Positions 1 through 12,449 of a stretch of DNA of 42,897 nt are shown one piece after another. Location of the stretch: NCBI RefSeq assembly GCF_001194135.2, contig NC_068996.1, positions 14,006,668 to 14,049,564 of the forward strand. The letters are read 5' to 3'. Under the pieces are notes generated by a model, which was given only the letters and a program-made list of their open reading frames with translations, was not told the DNA's origin and did not search any database. The position numbers and the translations under genes were made by a program. This DNA is from Octopus bimaculoides (taxonomy: Eukaryota). Numbering within the stretch: the first letter of the stretch is position 1; every line of letters starts with the position of its first letter.

Positions 1-48
<48 letters not shown>

Positions 49-540
49 TATGTATATAGATATGTGTGTATGTGTATAGATATACATGTGTATGTATATA
101 GATATGTATATATGTATATATACATATATATGTGTGTGTATATATATATAGATATAGATAGACAGATAAGTAGATACAAACACATACATACGTTTATATA
201 TATGTAATGGTATGCTCATATATATGTACATGTATGTTTGTATTATGTTTGTACATTATAAAATATATATATATTTATATGTATGCATATGTTTTATGTA
301 TACATATGTCTATATACATATATATATATNNNNNNNNNNNNNNNNNNNNNNNNNNNNNNNNNNNNNNNNNNNNNNNNNNNNNNNNNNNNNNNNNNNNNNN
401 NNNNNNNNNNNNNNNNNNNNNNNNNNNNNNNNNNNNNNNNNNNNACACATACATACGTTTATATATATGTAATGGTATGCTCATATATATGTACATGTAT
501 GTTTGTATTATGTTTGTACATTATAAAATATATATATATT
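1..540. repeat. TA/TG-rich microsatellite and low-complexity tract spanning an N gap
   Basis: (TA)n at 1-45, then mixed TA/TG/CA dinucleotide runs; N gap at 330-444. Confidence 0.95.
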
Positions 541-564
541 GATGAGAGTGGATTTGTAAGAATA

Positions 565-670
565 TTATTTTCCTCATGATCGTAAGTTTCTGGTTTTGAT
601 TCCTGGAACGGGCGTTGCGTAATCTTCTTGAGCAAATCAATTTATTTCGCATTGCTACAGTGCCAAAAGT
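565..670 (+). mobile_element. Degenerate tRNA-derived SINE head (family B, as at 8860 and 42650)
   Basis: catgatcgtaagtttctggttttgattcc...cttgagcaaatcaatttatttcgcattgctacag resembles the 8860-9000 copy (cgatcgtgaggttgtgagttcgattc...gagcaaaactctttatttcacgttgctccag). Confidence 0.5.
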
Positions 671-1769
671 TTCCCAGACTAACGTGTAATTATGTGACCG
701 CCCGACGTCTCGTTCAGGTTGGAAATATATATAAGGTACAGAATTCAGGTAACCGGCCTTATGAGCCTATAGATCGTAATGGCATTTAACCTCTTTTGGA
801 TATGAATCACACACACACACACTTTTACACTTTTTTTGCATATAACTAAACAAAATACTTTGCTTTTTCTTGTACTTATGTAAATGTATGCATACAAACT
901 CATTCATAATTAATTATAGGCATGTGTAGATATATTTTAAGCGTGTATGTATGTGGATATATATTTATGTACATATGTATGTGTATGAATAGATATATTC
1001 ATGTCAATGTGGGTATGTTTATGAACGCATATCTGTATATGAATGTATGTGGATATACATATGTATATGCACATGTACGTGCGTGTGAACATGTGTATGT
1101 GTGCTTATGTAGGCGTGCATGTATATACGAACAGATGCACATACATGTGTACTGGGGCGTGTATGTGTGCAGGCCTGTGTGTGTATATATTTGTATGCAT
1201 GTATGAATGAATAGATGGATGGATGAATGCGTAAGTATGAACGTGTGTGAATATCTATATATGCTGATATATATGTGTGTGTATATGTGTGTGCGTGCAT
1301 ATGCGTACATACATGTAGACACATCTATATATTCTTATATATGTGTGTATCTATATGCATTTATATGTATGTATATGTGCATGTCTCTGCAGGCGTATAC
1401 ATGTACTTGTATGTGTGTGCATGTATGTATAGGTGTATGTGTGCATGTTTGTATATCTATGAGTAACTGTACGTACACATGCACGCATGCATAACTGTGT
1501 GTGAAGTTATATTCATATATACATTCAATATTTTACAAAACTGTTAAGAATAAATATACTTTCTTTGAAATTCTATGGTATAAACACACTAATTCAAAAT
1601 TTGACTAACCAATGGTCATTGATTGACTAAAATGGATCTATATTAATTTCCTTTTTAGGAGTGAAGGTACGAAGAGTGTGTGTGTGTGTGTGCGCGCGCA
1701 CGCATACGTATTTAGGATTTTGTTCTACAGGAACGTTCCCAGATGTGACATTTATTCTTCTTTTCAGTG

Positions 1770-2680
1770 TGGGGCAGTAGAACCGTCTCAGAAGCAGCTC
1801 AATTTATCCCTAGCTCAGCAGATTTTAGATAACCAACAAACCAGCTTTGTGAGTAGAAACCTCGGGAGAATGCGTAGCACAGCAACAGTGAACTTCAATT
1901 CCTGCTGGTTTTCTACCTGTACATCTCTTGGGACCCTCTTGTGGAACTAACGCTTGAAAGCATCTTCATTTGCTTTCGCTGAGAGACACCACGTCTGTAT
2001 TAATAGTCTCATTTCATGATGTATGGCATTCAGCCAGTGCCTCCAAAAACCTAAAACCACCTTCTGGCTTTATACCTCGAACTTGTCCCTCTAGTCTCTT
2101 TGGACAACCTCTGCTTTCCATCCAGACAAACGCATCTCGTTGAAAATTATCGTTTTTTTCTTTCTTTTGTTTTTTTTCAATACTGGCACTGCTGGTTCTC
2201 TCAGGTACAACGATATCAGTTGCGCACAGGAACCATTTTATATTCAGGATACGCCAGATACAATGACCATAGAACCTTTCCATCTGCCTGATACGCTGCC
2301 TCCATGATACTCACGGTTTGCATCCGTATAGCAATGAATTAAAAAACACAGGTATTATGTCTCCTCATACCGCGATGTGAACCGTGATTTATTTCAACGT
2401 CATGTATACCATCTCTGCTGACTGAACTTCTAAGATACAGAAAGCTGTCGTCCGTTATTTTCCTCCCACGGAGATGTCATGATCCACATACTCTTTCCTG
2501 CTAGTGAAATAGATATGATCTTCGTTTTTTTTATGCCCAATTGCTGCGCATGCAATGTCATCTAAATGACATTCTAATATCATGTATATGACATTCACTG
2601 AATGAGCCACAAAATATGCATAGACAAGGGAGGCAAATATTCTTGAGCTAAGGTTCAAACGTCTTAGGTGCATGTATGTA
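1770..2680 (-). mobile_element. RTE-clade non-LTR retrotransposon 3' remnant (post-RT region to C-terminal zinc-finger region), frameshifted with stops
   Basis: Minus-strand fragments SFLYLRSSVSRDGIHDVEINH (cf. RTE KFxYLGSxLSxxxxIDxEVxxRI), SLLYGCKP*VSWRQRIRQMERFYGHCIWRILNIKW (cf. [34 protein letters not shown]), FVWMESRGCPKRL, and a decayed KAGLxGYLKS-like C-terminus near 1815-1850. Confidence 0.8.
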
Positions 2681-2862
2681 TGTATATGTTCCCATAAATA
2701 TGTTTACCTATACGTACATATATACATATGCATACAAGTATGTATACATATGTATATATATACACACATGAATATAGACATCGATGAACCTACATAAATG
2801 CTTCTATATATATAATTATACATACGCGCGCACATATATAAATATATACATATATTTACATT

Positions 2863-2877
<15 letters not shown>

Positions 2878-2897
<20 letters not shown>

Positions 2898-2905
2898 CTG
2901 TGTGT

Positions 2906-2996
<91 letters not shown>
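2878..2996. repeat. (GT)n microsatellite
   Basis: About 58 GT units with two CT interruptions. Confidence 0.98.
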
Positions 2997-2999
<3 letters not shown>

Positions 3000-3370
3000 T
3001 TCTATACATATACACTAACGTACATTTCCCTCAAATACTTTGTTACAACCGTACAACATAAAACCCGATATTTAAACCGCATTCAAAACCACGGTTCATA
3101 TAATTTATTCAATGATATCTCTCATACGAACAAATATATAGACCTTCATTTTCTATACCCTACCGCTCTCTCAAACTATACAGAGGATTAAAAGGAAACC
3201 AGTATGCTTTTATTTTTTATACATCTATAAATCTGTGCACAATCCAGAAGAGAATTCTGGGGACACACTTCAGTAAGTTTTTCCTTCTTAATCTAGCAAG
3301 AAGAAAGAGAGAGTGCAAAAGATAGGATGAAGGATAGTTAGATCGATTGATCGATAGAGACACAGAGAGA

Positions 3371-3422
<52 letters not shown>

Positions 3423-3462
3423 GAGTGAAAGATAGAGTGTTAGATCTATCGATAGATTGATG

Positions 3463-3517
<55 letters not shown>

Positions 3518-3838
3518 GAGAGAAAGGGAAAGAGACAGACAGACAGACAGACAGATGGACAGATAGATATGCTGATAAATAGATAGATGGATAGTTAGAA
3601 AAAAGAAAGATAAATAGATAGCTATGTACATATGTGAATGCTTATGTAAATGTGTGTGTATATGTATATATGTGTGTGCGTGTGTGTGTGTGTGTATGCA
3701 TATGCATATACGTATGATTGTGCCCAAGCGTGTGTCTTTTGTCTTTGTACATGTATATAGAATATACGCGCTTCTATTCATCCATGCATGAGGAGGTGTA
3801 GGCGTACTGCTCAATAATACAATTCTGTGAGCAAAGCG

Positions 3839-3890
<52 letters not shown>

Positions 3891-4216
3891 ATACATGTAT
3901 CCACAAATATATATATTTATAATGTCACAAGGTAACAATAATTTTATTATTGTGCACAACACGTACGCATTATGCGTAACGCATACAGTGTATATATTTT
4001 CTATGCCTCTATATGTATGCTTGTATGTATGTATGTATGTATGTATGCATGTACGTATGCATGAATATGTGTATGTATGTTTGCAGGTGTATATGCATAC
4101 AGATAGATAAACAGACAGTAAGTTATAAATTTATAAATAGATGATACGTATAGCTAGATAGATAGAGAAAGAAAGTTAGATCGATCGATAAATAGATAGA
4201 TATGTAAACATTTATA

Positions 4217-4256
<40 letters not shown>

Positions 4257-5221
4257 AGTGGCAATATACTACACATCCACCCCTATATATATATATATAT
4301 ATATATTACACACAGATGGATAGACATTTTGATGGTGATATATTTTATAGAAACGGTTATATAGCTACATATGTATATGTGTATGAATATTTATTGTATA
4401 CAAAGGTTTACATAAATATACATAAATTTATGTGTGTGCGTTTTTTGCTATTGTGTCAAAAAGAAACTGCACATATACACATTTAGAAATATATGTGTGA
4501 ATGTGTGTACGTGTACCTGAGAAAAAAAGACTCCACATTAGTACCCGCCCCACATCCCCGTGTGTTAAGGAAATTCTTTTCTCTATTAGATATGATAGCA
4601 ATATCATATACTAATACTCAAGAAGAAGGATCAACGATACAACCTCAATCAACAAAAGCAACGACAATAACACCAACCTATAAAAAAAACCTACAGCATG
4701 CAGCAGTAACAGGGATAACAACATTAAATGTAGCAACACCATAAGCAAATGAAGTTGCTCAAAAAATATTTTCCCTTTAGAATTATATCTCCAGTTAGGT
4801 AGAGATAAATACAGAAGATAGATTCCATGAGGTGAGCAGCAATGAGAATATGCCTACATCTGTACCTCTGTATGTGTAAAAATACATGAGTGTATGTAAA
4901 TGTATATGTCTGTATGTCTGTGTGTGTTTGTAAGCGAATGTATCTGTTATGTGAGCGTGTGTGTGTGTGTGTGTGTCTGTGTGTGTTATATTTTGCTTGA
5001 TTTAGGAATTGGACTGTGGCCTTGCAGGGATAACCGTCTTGAAGTGTTTACTCGTATAAATCGATTAAAGCTTGACACTTACTCTTACAGTCCCTTTTGC
5101 ATAAACACTAAGTTACGGATACGTAAGCGACTTAACACATGTCAAGCTGTGGAACAAACACAAAAACAATACGCATATATATACATGCACACACACGCAC
5201 ACATACACACACTCATAATAT

Positions 5222-5375
5222 ATGCGGCGGTCTTTCTTTCAGTTCACACCTACCGTTACTTCCCACAAGGTTATAATCAGCCTGTGGCTAAAGTGAATGT
5301 CACTTACCCAAGGTTCTACGCACTGGGAATAACCCCGAAACCAAGTAGTTAGGAAAGGAACTGCTTAATATTCAC
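5222..5375 (-). mobile_element. tRNA-derived CORE-like SINE (family A), 5' part, degenerate
   Basis: Reverse complement reads ggtttcggggttattcccagtgcgtagaaccttgggtaagtgacattcactttagcc...aactgaaagaaagaccg, matching the well-preserved copy at 32398-32780. Confidence 0.7.
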
Positions 5376-5454
5376 GCACACACACATATGTATGTATCTG
5401 TTTATCTCTCTCTCTCCGTCTCTCTCTCTAGATGTGTATGCATATGTGCATGTA

Positions 5455-5493
<39 letters not shown>

Positions 5494-5528
5494 GTGTATA
5501 GATAGATAGTTATAACTACACATATTTG

Positions 5529-5563
<35 letters not shown>

Positions 5564-6442
5564 NNNNNNNNNNNNNNNNNNNNNNNNNNNNNNNNNNNNN
5601 NNNNNNNNNNNNNNNNNNNNNNNNNNNNNNNNNNNNNNNNNNNNNNNNNNNNNNNNNNNNNNNNNNNNNNNNNNNNNNNNNNNNNNNNNNNNNNNNNNNN
5701 NNNNNNNNNNNNNNNNNNNNNNNNNNNNNNNNNNNNNNNNNNNNNNNNNNNNNNNNNNNNNNNNNNNNNNNNNNNNNNNNNNNNNNNNNNNNNNNNNNNN
5801 NNNNNNNNNNNNNNNNNNNNNNNNNNNNNNNNNNNNNNNNNNNNNNNNNNNNNNNNNNNNNNNNNNNNNNNNNNNNNNNNNNNNNNNNNNNNNNNNNNNN
5901 NNNNNNNNNNNNNNNNNNNNNNNNNNNNNNNNNNNNNNNNNNNNNNNNNNNNNNNNNNNNNNNNNNNNNNNNNNNNNNNNNNNNNNNNNNNNNNNNNNNN
6001 NNNNNNNNNNNNNNNNNNNNNNNNNNNNNNNNNNNNNNNNNNNNNNNNNNNNNNNNNNNNNNNNNNNNNNNNNNNNNNNNNNNNNNNNNNNNNNNNNNNN
6101 NNNNNNNNNNNNNNNNNNNNNNNNNNNNNNNNNNNNNNNNNNNNNNNNNNNNNNNNNNNNNNNNNNNNNNNNNNNNNNNNNNNNNNNNNNNNNNNNNNNN
6201 NNNNNNNNNNNNNNNNNNNNNNNNNNNNNNNNNNNNNNNNNNNNNNNNNNNNNNNNNNNNNNNNNNNNNNNNNNNNNNNNNNNNNNNNNNNNNNNNNNNN
6301 NNNNNNNNNNNNNNNNNNNNNNNNNNNNNNNNNNNNNNNNNNNNNNNNNNNNNNNNNNNNNNNNNNNNNNNNNNNNNNNNNNNNNNNNNNNNNNNNNNNN
6401 NNNNNNNNNNNNNNNNNNNNNNNNTATATATATATGTATACT

Positions 6443-6552
6443 ATTAATAAAAGCCAGGTTGCGTTGCGTTCCGTTACTTAATAAATGAAAAACTGTATTG
6501 TGAATAAACAAACGACAGTAAAAAAACGCAACGCACCCCGGCTTTTACTAAA
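6443..6552. repeat. Short inverted repeat (about 28-bp arms, about 54-bp spacer)
   Basis: taataaaagccaggttgcgttgcgtt (6445-6470) versus aacgcaacgcaccccggcttttacta (6525-6550). Confidence 0.8.
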
Positions 6553-7495
6553 TGTAAGTTATATATATATATATATCCGTGCGACTCTATTTCTAGCCTT
6601 TCTCCTTTCTCTCTCTTTATCCCTTCCCTTGTTTTCTCTCTGTCTGTCTCTTTCTCTCTCTCTCTCTCTCTCTCTCACTTTCCCTCTTTCTCTTCTGCCT
6701 GTTGCTGACACGTGACCCGTGGCCAGCATTTCTTTCTTTCTCTCCCTTTTTTCACACCGGTTCCGTAGTTAACCGGTCCAAAATTCTATGTCCCACTGTC
6801 TTGCTATTTGTTGTTTTCTAATCCTTTAGAATACCTTCTAAGTGTTACCCACCAATCTTGTAATTTTGGCACTGAAGCTATATTTTGTTCGTTTCTTATT
6901 TATTTCGTCGTTGTCCATCGTCTCAAATTACCTTTATTCACTTTCATATCTCCACTCTCTATTGGTTTCTTTCCTCTCGGCCCTATATTCTCCGCAACTT
7001 TTGCGGGCACAGACGGTATGAGAGGTTCTCAGTCTTATCATTAATGATGCAAAACTGAGTAGTACCATCTAGTTGATAACTGATGAAGAATTAGGGATCT
7101 TCTGAGTGTGTCTCCCGTGCAGTTGTACATTCAGTATACGTTATATGTTTTTTACTATTGTTTATTTATAATGCATATTATTATTATATATATTCTCATA
7201 TTTCGGGACGGTCATTTTTTTTTCAAATAAACACGCACTATATATTCTTTCCTGACTCGTTTATTACAGTTCCTATTTTAACTCAGGGCAATTGTCCGGA
7301 TATTATATATATATATATATATATATNNNNNNNNNNNNNNNNNNNNNNNNNNNNNNNNNNNNNNNNNNNNNNNNNNNNNNNNNNNNNNNNNNNNNNNNNN
7401 NNNNNNNNNNNNNNNNNNNNNNNNNNNNNNNNNNNNNNNNNNNNNNNNNNNNNNNNNNNNNNNNNNNNNNNNNNNNNNNNNNNNNNNNNNNNNNN

Positions 7496-7547
<52 letters not shown>

Positions 7548-7834
7548 GGGTAGGTAGGTAGGTAGGTAGGTAGGTAGGTAGATGTATATATAGATATATA
7601 TATATATAAATGTATATATATAAATGTATGAGTATTTTTCAATGTTTCAATGTTTACAAATAACACGGAAAAAATAAATAAATAGTTACCAGGGTAGCAA
7701 AAATTCACACAAATACCAAGGATGTAACAATTTACTTATAAGGGTAGAGATTCCATGTTTTGGTGAAATGATTTAGCATAACATAGATAAATGAATAAAT
7801 AGAGTTAAACACAGGAGTTATTCAAATTTTTATG

Positions 7835-7922
7835 CTTCCGACATTTGTTTCGAAGAAGACATTAGTATTATTCCAGAAGGAATAAAATGATGAAAAACAA
7901 TACAGTCTTTTCATCAGGGTAA
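7835..7922 (-). ncRNA. Minimal type-I hammerhead ribozyme-like motif (mutated copy, left arm)
   Basis: Minus strand: CTGATGA (7917-7911), helix II aaagac..cattg-like/gtcttcttc, GAAAC-AAAT-GTC, then ggaag. The helix II closing pair is A.C and the helix III palindrome has one change. Confidence 0.6.
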
Positions 7923-8592
7923 AAAAGAGAAATAAAACACATCAATAAGACATTTTAACCGAATGTGATTACTGCATATATGATGGTACGTTATTTAAGA
8001 AGAAAACTGTTAATATATATAACGTCAAAAGCAACTTATAGAAAGAGAAGGAGGAAGAAAAATATTAGTGCGATAGGTGAAGAGGAATAAAGCTTAAAGG
8101 CATGGAAGTAGATATATTTAGTGGAAGTGAAATGTAAGAAGATAGTTCAAGGTCAAATTTTACAGACTGGTAGAAATCAATTATATGAACTAAAGGTATG
8201 TTTTTGCCAATGTTTGCAACGATAAACGCGTTCCTTAAACGTATTAACGAGAGTATTTTCTGAGAACAGGAAGAAATAAAAAAAAACATACCTTTTGTTC
8301 ATATAAGTGATTTCTACCAATCTGTAAAATTTGACCTTTAACTGTTTTCTTACATTTCACTCCCACAAAATATATCTATTTCTATGTCTTTAATCTCTAT
8401 TCCTATTCACCTATCGCACTATATTTCTCCACTTTCAATTTTCTGCTTATTTCTTTCTTCCTCCTCCTTCTCTTTCACGTTATATATATTAATGTTTTTT
8501 TTTTTAAATAATGTACCAGCATTCCCTTCATCATATATGCAGTAATCACATTTGGTTCAAATGTCTTATTGATATGTCTTGTCTCTTTTTTT

Positions 8593-8680
8593 CTCCCCTG
8601 ATGAGAAGACTGCATTGTTTTTCATCATTTTATTCCTTCTGGAATAATACCAATGTGTTCATCGAAACATATGTCGGAAG
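8593..8680 (+). ncRNA. Minimal type-I hammerhead ribozyme-like motif (best-preserved copy)
   Basis: CTGATGA at 8598-8604. Helix II gaagactgcattg/caatgtgttcatc is closed by G-C and has an inner tattcc/ggaata hairpin. GAAA at 8664-8667, palindromic helix III ACATATGT, GTC cleavage triplet at 8673-8675, helix I ctccc/ggaag (4 of 5 pairs). Confidence 0.75.
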
Positions 8681-8817
8681 TATAAAGATTTAAATAACAC
8701 CTGCGTTTAACTCCATTTATTTATTTATCTATATGTATGTATATATATACATATATGTGTGTGTGTGTGTGTGTGTGTATGCATGTACACGTTTAGATAC
8801 ATTTTTATATCTATCAT

Positions 8818-8859
<42 letters not shown>

Positions 8860-8860
<1 letters not shown>

Positions 8861-9190
8861 TGAAGTCGCCTGACTTAGTTACAGCATGGAGCTTACGATC
8901 GTGAGGTTGTGAGTTCGATTCTCAGACCAGGCTGTGTGCTGTGTTCGTGAGCAAAACTCTTTATTTCACGTTGCTCCAGTTTATTCAGCTGTAGAAATGA
9001 GTAGAGAGGTAACTGGTGCCAAGCTGTATCAGCCTTTGCGTTTGCCTTGGATAACAGAGAGGTGTAGAGCGGGGAAGCTGGTACGCATGGGTGAATGTTG
9101 GTCTTCCATAAACACTCTTGCCCGGATTTGTGCCTTGGAAGAGAACTCTCAAGGTGCAATGCCATGGTAATTCGTGACCGAAAGGAGTCT
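8860..9190 (+). mobile_element. tRNA-derived SINE (family B), near full length
   Basis: A-box-like tgacttagtt, B-box gagttcgattc (8911-8921), body tgtgttcgtgagcaaaactctttatttcacgttgctccagtttattcagctg shared with the minus-strand copy at 42650-42850. Confidence 0.75.
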
Positions 9191-9290
9191 TTATATATAT
9201 ATATATATATGTCCTGTTGTCTATTTTATCTCGTTGTTTACATATTTCGCGTTATTTGTACCGTTGGTGACGTCCTGTACCCATATATGC

Positions 9291-9337
<47 letters not shown>

Positions 9338-11016
9338 CACACAATAAAATGAGATAAATGAACAAGAGAGAAAAAGAAATAAATACAAAGAAATTGATGA
9401 TTGAAAAAATAGAGAGAAAAGAAAATTCCTCCACGCGATAACTGGAAGAATGATCAGCATTAAAACAAAAAAAAACAAAGCAAATAAATAAATGTGCATC
9501 CTAACAATGAAATGTGTTTATGTAATATTTCGTATTAATTTAAATGTATAAATTTATAAATTTATTAATATATGAACAATAACGAAATATATAGGTATCA
9601 GTCAGTTATTTCCTATTTTCTATCAGATGAAAGGTCAGATCTTACTTGGAAAAAAAAATGCAGAACTAGTAACCCGATAAATAAGGAGAAAGACGTTAAC
9701 CTAACGATTATATCGACCAAAATTTCCACAAAACCATTTAGAATAAAGTGAATCAATTAAAATCATCCACGCCCAGTAAATAGTCAAAATATTACCTAAT
9801 GATTAAAAATAAAAATATGAGGTAAATAAGGAAATGTTAAAAGATTATAAGAGCAGTGCGATTTGTAGCAATCATAAAATTGAGTTTATCGAATTTTAAC
9901 ACATTATGAAGATTTAAATGTGATTCGGGAGGATGGTGCAGTTACAAATATATCCCAATGCTAGAATTAAAATTAAATTTATAAATAGTAAATAATATAT
10001 ATTACAGCCATCAGTATCTGTTATTAGAGCTAGGGTTAGCAAGAGTAATTTGAATTTGATCCGTTGCAACGACGACGGTATTACGGTATGCCATGATACA
10101 TAAAGATAATTAAAGAAACTTATTATTAGTGATTAAGGTTTATAGCGTAGGTCCATAGATACGTATGCAGCGTTCAGGAAAGACTCTTAGAAGTATAGAA
10201 TGCTTTTCATATAGAGTGCGGGCATTTGATCTTTAGTTCATCCGATTTGTAAATGACCTCACCCGTGAATTTTAAGATTTCTAATAAGTGGCAGAGATAA
10301 CCACTATATATATTATTAACAAACAGCTTAGTGCCTTTCGCAATGCTCTAAGTTGAATGCACATCAACACTTTTATCATTCAATTCTCAGACTTTCGCAG
10401 ACAACGATGTTGCTTTAGCCTTATCTCTCCTCTTAAAGATGTGAAGGTTATTATGTAACTGAGTTTGAAAAAATAAGTAGAACCCACGCAGGTAAATGTA
10501 TGTAGGTTAATTCCAATGTTATATGTATACACGATATTTTTGGTACCTACAGGGCATTTAAGTTTATTCCTACAGTTACATTGACTAGATAATGCCGAGA
10601 TAGTAGTTTCGTGTACAACCGTTATGTTGTACACAGCCATAATCATTAAAATTATAATCAGTGTTATAATCAGTGTTAGTCACTCCATTGACACTAATAT
10701 TATAAAGGTTATAAGCATCATTCAGATTTACAGGAGTTCCGGAATAATTATACCTGTTTTCATTATTATTACAAGTACCATAATTGCAGCCATAACTATT
10801 ACCATAGCTATTCACACTATTACAAGCATAATTATTACTATTGCCACTGTTATTAATGTTTTTTATTAGCATTATATAAATTGCTACGTGAGCAATTGAT
10901 ACTAGTTATACTATTACTACAATTAATATTAGTGTTAACCCAACCATCAGCATTATTTGTATCTTTACTGTGGTTATTATAATTATTATCCACATCTTTA
11001 TTGGCGTTATAATTAC

Positions 11017-11017
<1 letters not shown>

Positions 11018-11105
<88 letters not shown>
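11018..11105. repeat. (ATT)n microsatellite
   Basis: About 29 perfect ATT units; source of the poly-N and poly-Y pseudo-ORFs. Confidence 0.98.
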
Positions 11106-11106
<1 letters not shown>

Positions 11107-11320
11107 GGCTTCCTGATAGAATCGTTAGAACACCGAGCAAAATACCTAGCGGCATTTCGTCTGTCTTTATGTTGAGCTTAAATTCCGGGGAGGTCGACTT
11201 TGCCTTTCATCATTTCGGGGTCGATAAAATAGGTACCAGTTCAACATTGGGGTCGATATAATCGACTCGACTAATCCGCTCCCACAAAATTGCAACCCTT
11301 GTGGTAAAATCTCAAACCTT
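11106..11320 (+). mobile_element. tRNA-derived SINE (family C) with Nin/Deu-like central domain
   Basis: Head gatagaatcgttagaacaccg...aaattccgg, then gaggtcgactttgcctttcatcatttcggggtcgataaaataggtaccag. This resembles the ggtcgac.cagcctttcatcc...gataaa...gtaccag core of Nin/Deu-domain SINEs (recalled consensus). Confidence 0.75.
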
Positions 11321-11786
11321 CCTTGCTACTATCACTATTAGTATTGTTAAATTCATGAACAGTACGAGTGTTTGAGACTAGAGTAGTAGCAACAGGAGTT
11401 ACACGTATGGATTGCTGAATGCATGATAGATAGTGTTGGATCGTGTCCCATCCCAGTTAGGGTTAATGTTATTAATATCACCAGGAGAATTCTTATTAGT
11501 CTGTTAAAATAGCGGCGATAGTATCGGTTACATTCGGTGTAATAAGAATAGAGAGCGTAACCTTGAGCTTGTTAAAGATTCTACTATACCTACAGGATGG
11601 AGGAAACTGTTTCTCGAAGATATTGAAAAACGTATCAGCATTTGTAGACGATGTGAGCTATAACAAATTTTATTACCACGTGATATTTGCCGACTTCGTT
11701 TAGGGGAAACTTCCTTATTTTTACATTCCTTCTTGTTACTGTCCTTATTACTCTCACTACCATAACCATTATTGGAACTATTATAG

Positions 11787-11806
11787 TCGTTATTATTATT
11801 ATTATT

Positions 11807-11837
<31 letters not shown>

Positions 11838-11861
11838 CTGTTGTTGTTGTTGTTGTTATTG

Positions 11862-11925
<64 letters not shown>

Positions 11926-11927
11926 CA
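11787..11927. repeat. Compound (ATT)n(GTT)n(ATT)n microsatellite
   Basis: Seen directly in the sequence. Confidence 0.97.
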
Positions 11928-12279
11928 TTCCTTGTCTGACATCGCTTTTTAAATTTCTTTTCTTATATCTTTCTTACTATCTTTGACTATCTTTTAATTT
12001 GTAATATTATTATTCGTATTACATAGATGCCTTCCGTGCAATGACATTTGATTACTTAGCTCACTGTTTCACGTGATTCTGTCTATCCAGTTAGTGGCCT
12101 GCTTCACGTTGATATGCCTTGATACTTTATGGATATATACTAGTTTCAGTCTCTTTGCCTTATAGCTAATCTTAATTGTTCTTAAGTGTGTTACTTAGTC
12201 TATCAGTCTCATATACCAAACTGCAATGTTACAAAGAAGTAAAGAAAGTCACGTAGGTTGTAAAAACAAAGACTGATAT

Positions 12280-12440
12280 ACGACAGCTTTCTTTCAGTTT
12301 CCTCTAACAAATCCACGCATAAAGCTTTGGTCGGTCCGTGGTTATAAGTAGAAGACACTTGAGCGTGTTAATGTGCAGGTGGGATTGAATCGGAAACCAT
12401 GTGGTTAGGAAGCAAGCTTCTTACCACACAACTGCCTATG
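12280..12440 (-). mobile_element. CORE-like SINE (family A), 5' part
   Basis: tttctttcagtttcctctaacaaatccac...tagaagacacttg...ggaaaccatgtggttaggaagcaagcttcttaccacaca is the reverse complement of the family A head and body. Confidence 0.85.
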
Positions 12441-12449
12441 TGTGTCTTT

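Larger units (their letters stand above)
7781..8736. repeat. Long imperfect inverted repeat (about 425/455-bp arms, about 76-bp spacer)
   Basis: Arm 7781-8205 is the diverged reverse complement of arm 8282-8736, e.g. gtcaaattttacagactggtagaaatca versus tgatttctaccaatctgtaaaatttgac, and cttccgacatttgtttcgaag versus catcgaaacatatgtcggaag. Confidence 0.95.

Noticed and set aside
181-540. About 97-bp direct repeat on either side of the N gap (181-278 and 445-540)
   Set aside because: The near-identical sequence flanks a scaffold gap, so it is most likely an unmerged contig overlap and not a real duplication.
4799-4831. 33-nt micro-exon candidate VEINTEDRFHE (ag|...|gtgagc)
   Set aside because: Weak acceptor, competing AGs give stops, and there is no recognisable protein or partner exon.
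7080-7110. CTGATGA followed by a short agaa/ttct stem
   Set aside because: Followed by GAGT instead of GAAA; no helix III.
10391-10446. Exon candidate FRRQRCCFSLISPLKDVK
   Set aside because: Weak donor (gttatt) and no supporting similarity.
12135-12215. Minus-strand CTGATAGA...GAAACTAGTA
   Set aside because: The core has an insertion and helices I and II do not pair convincingly.
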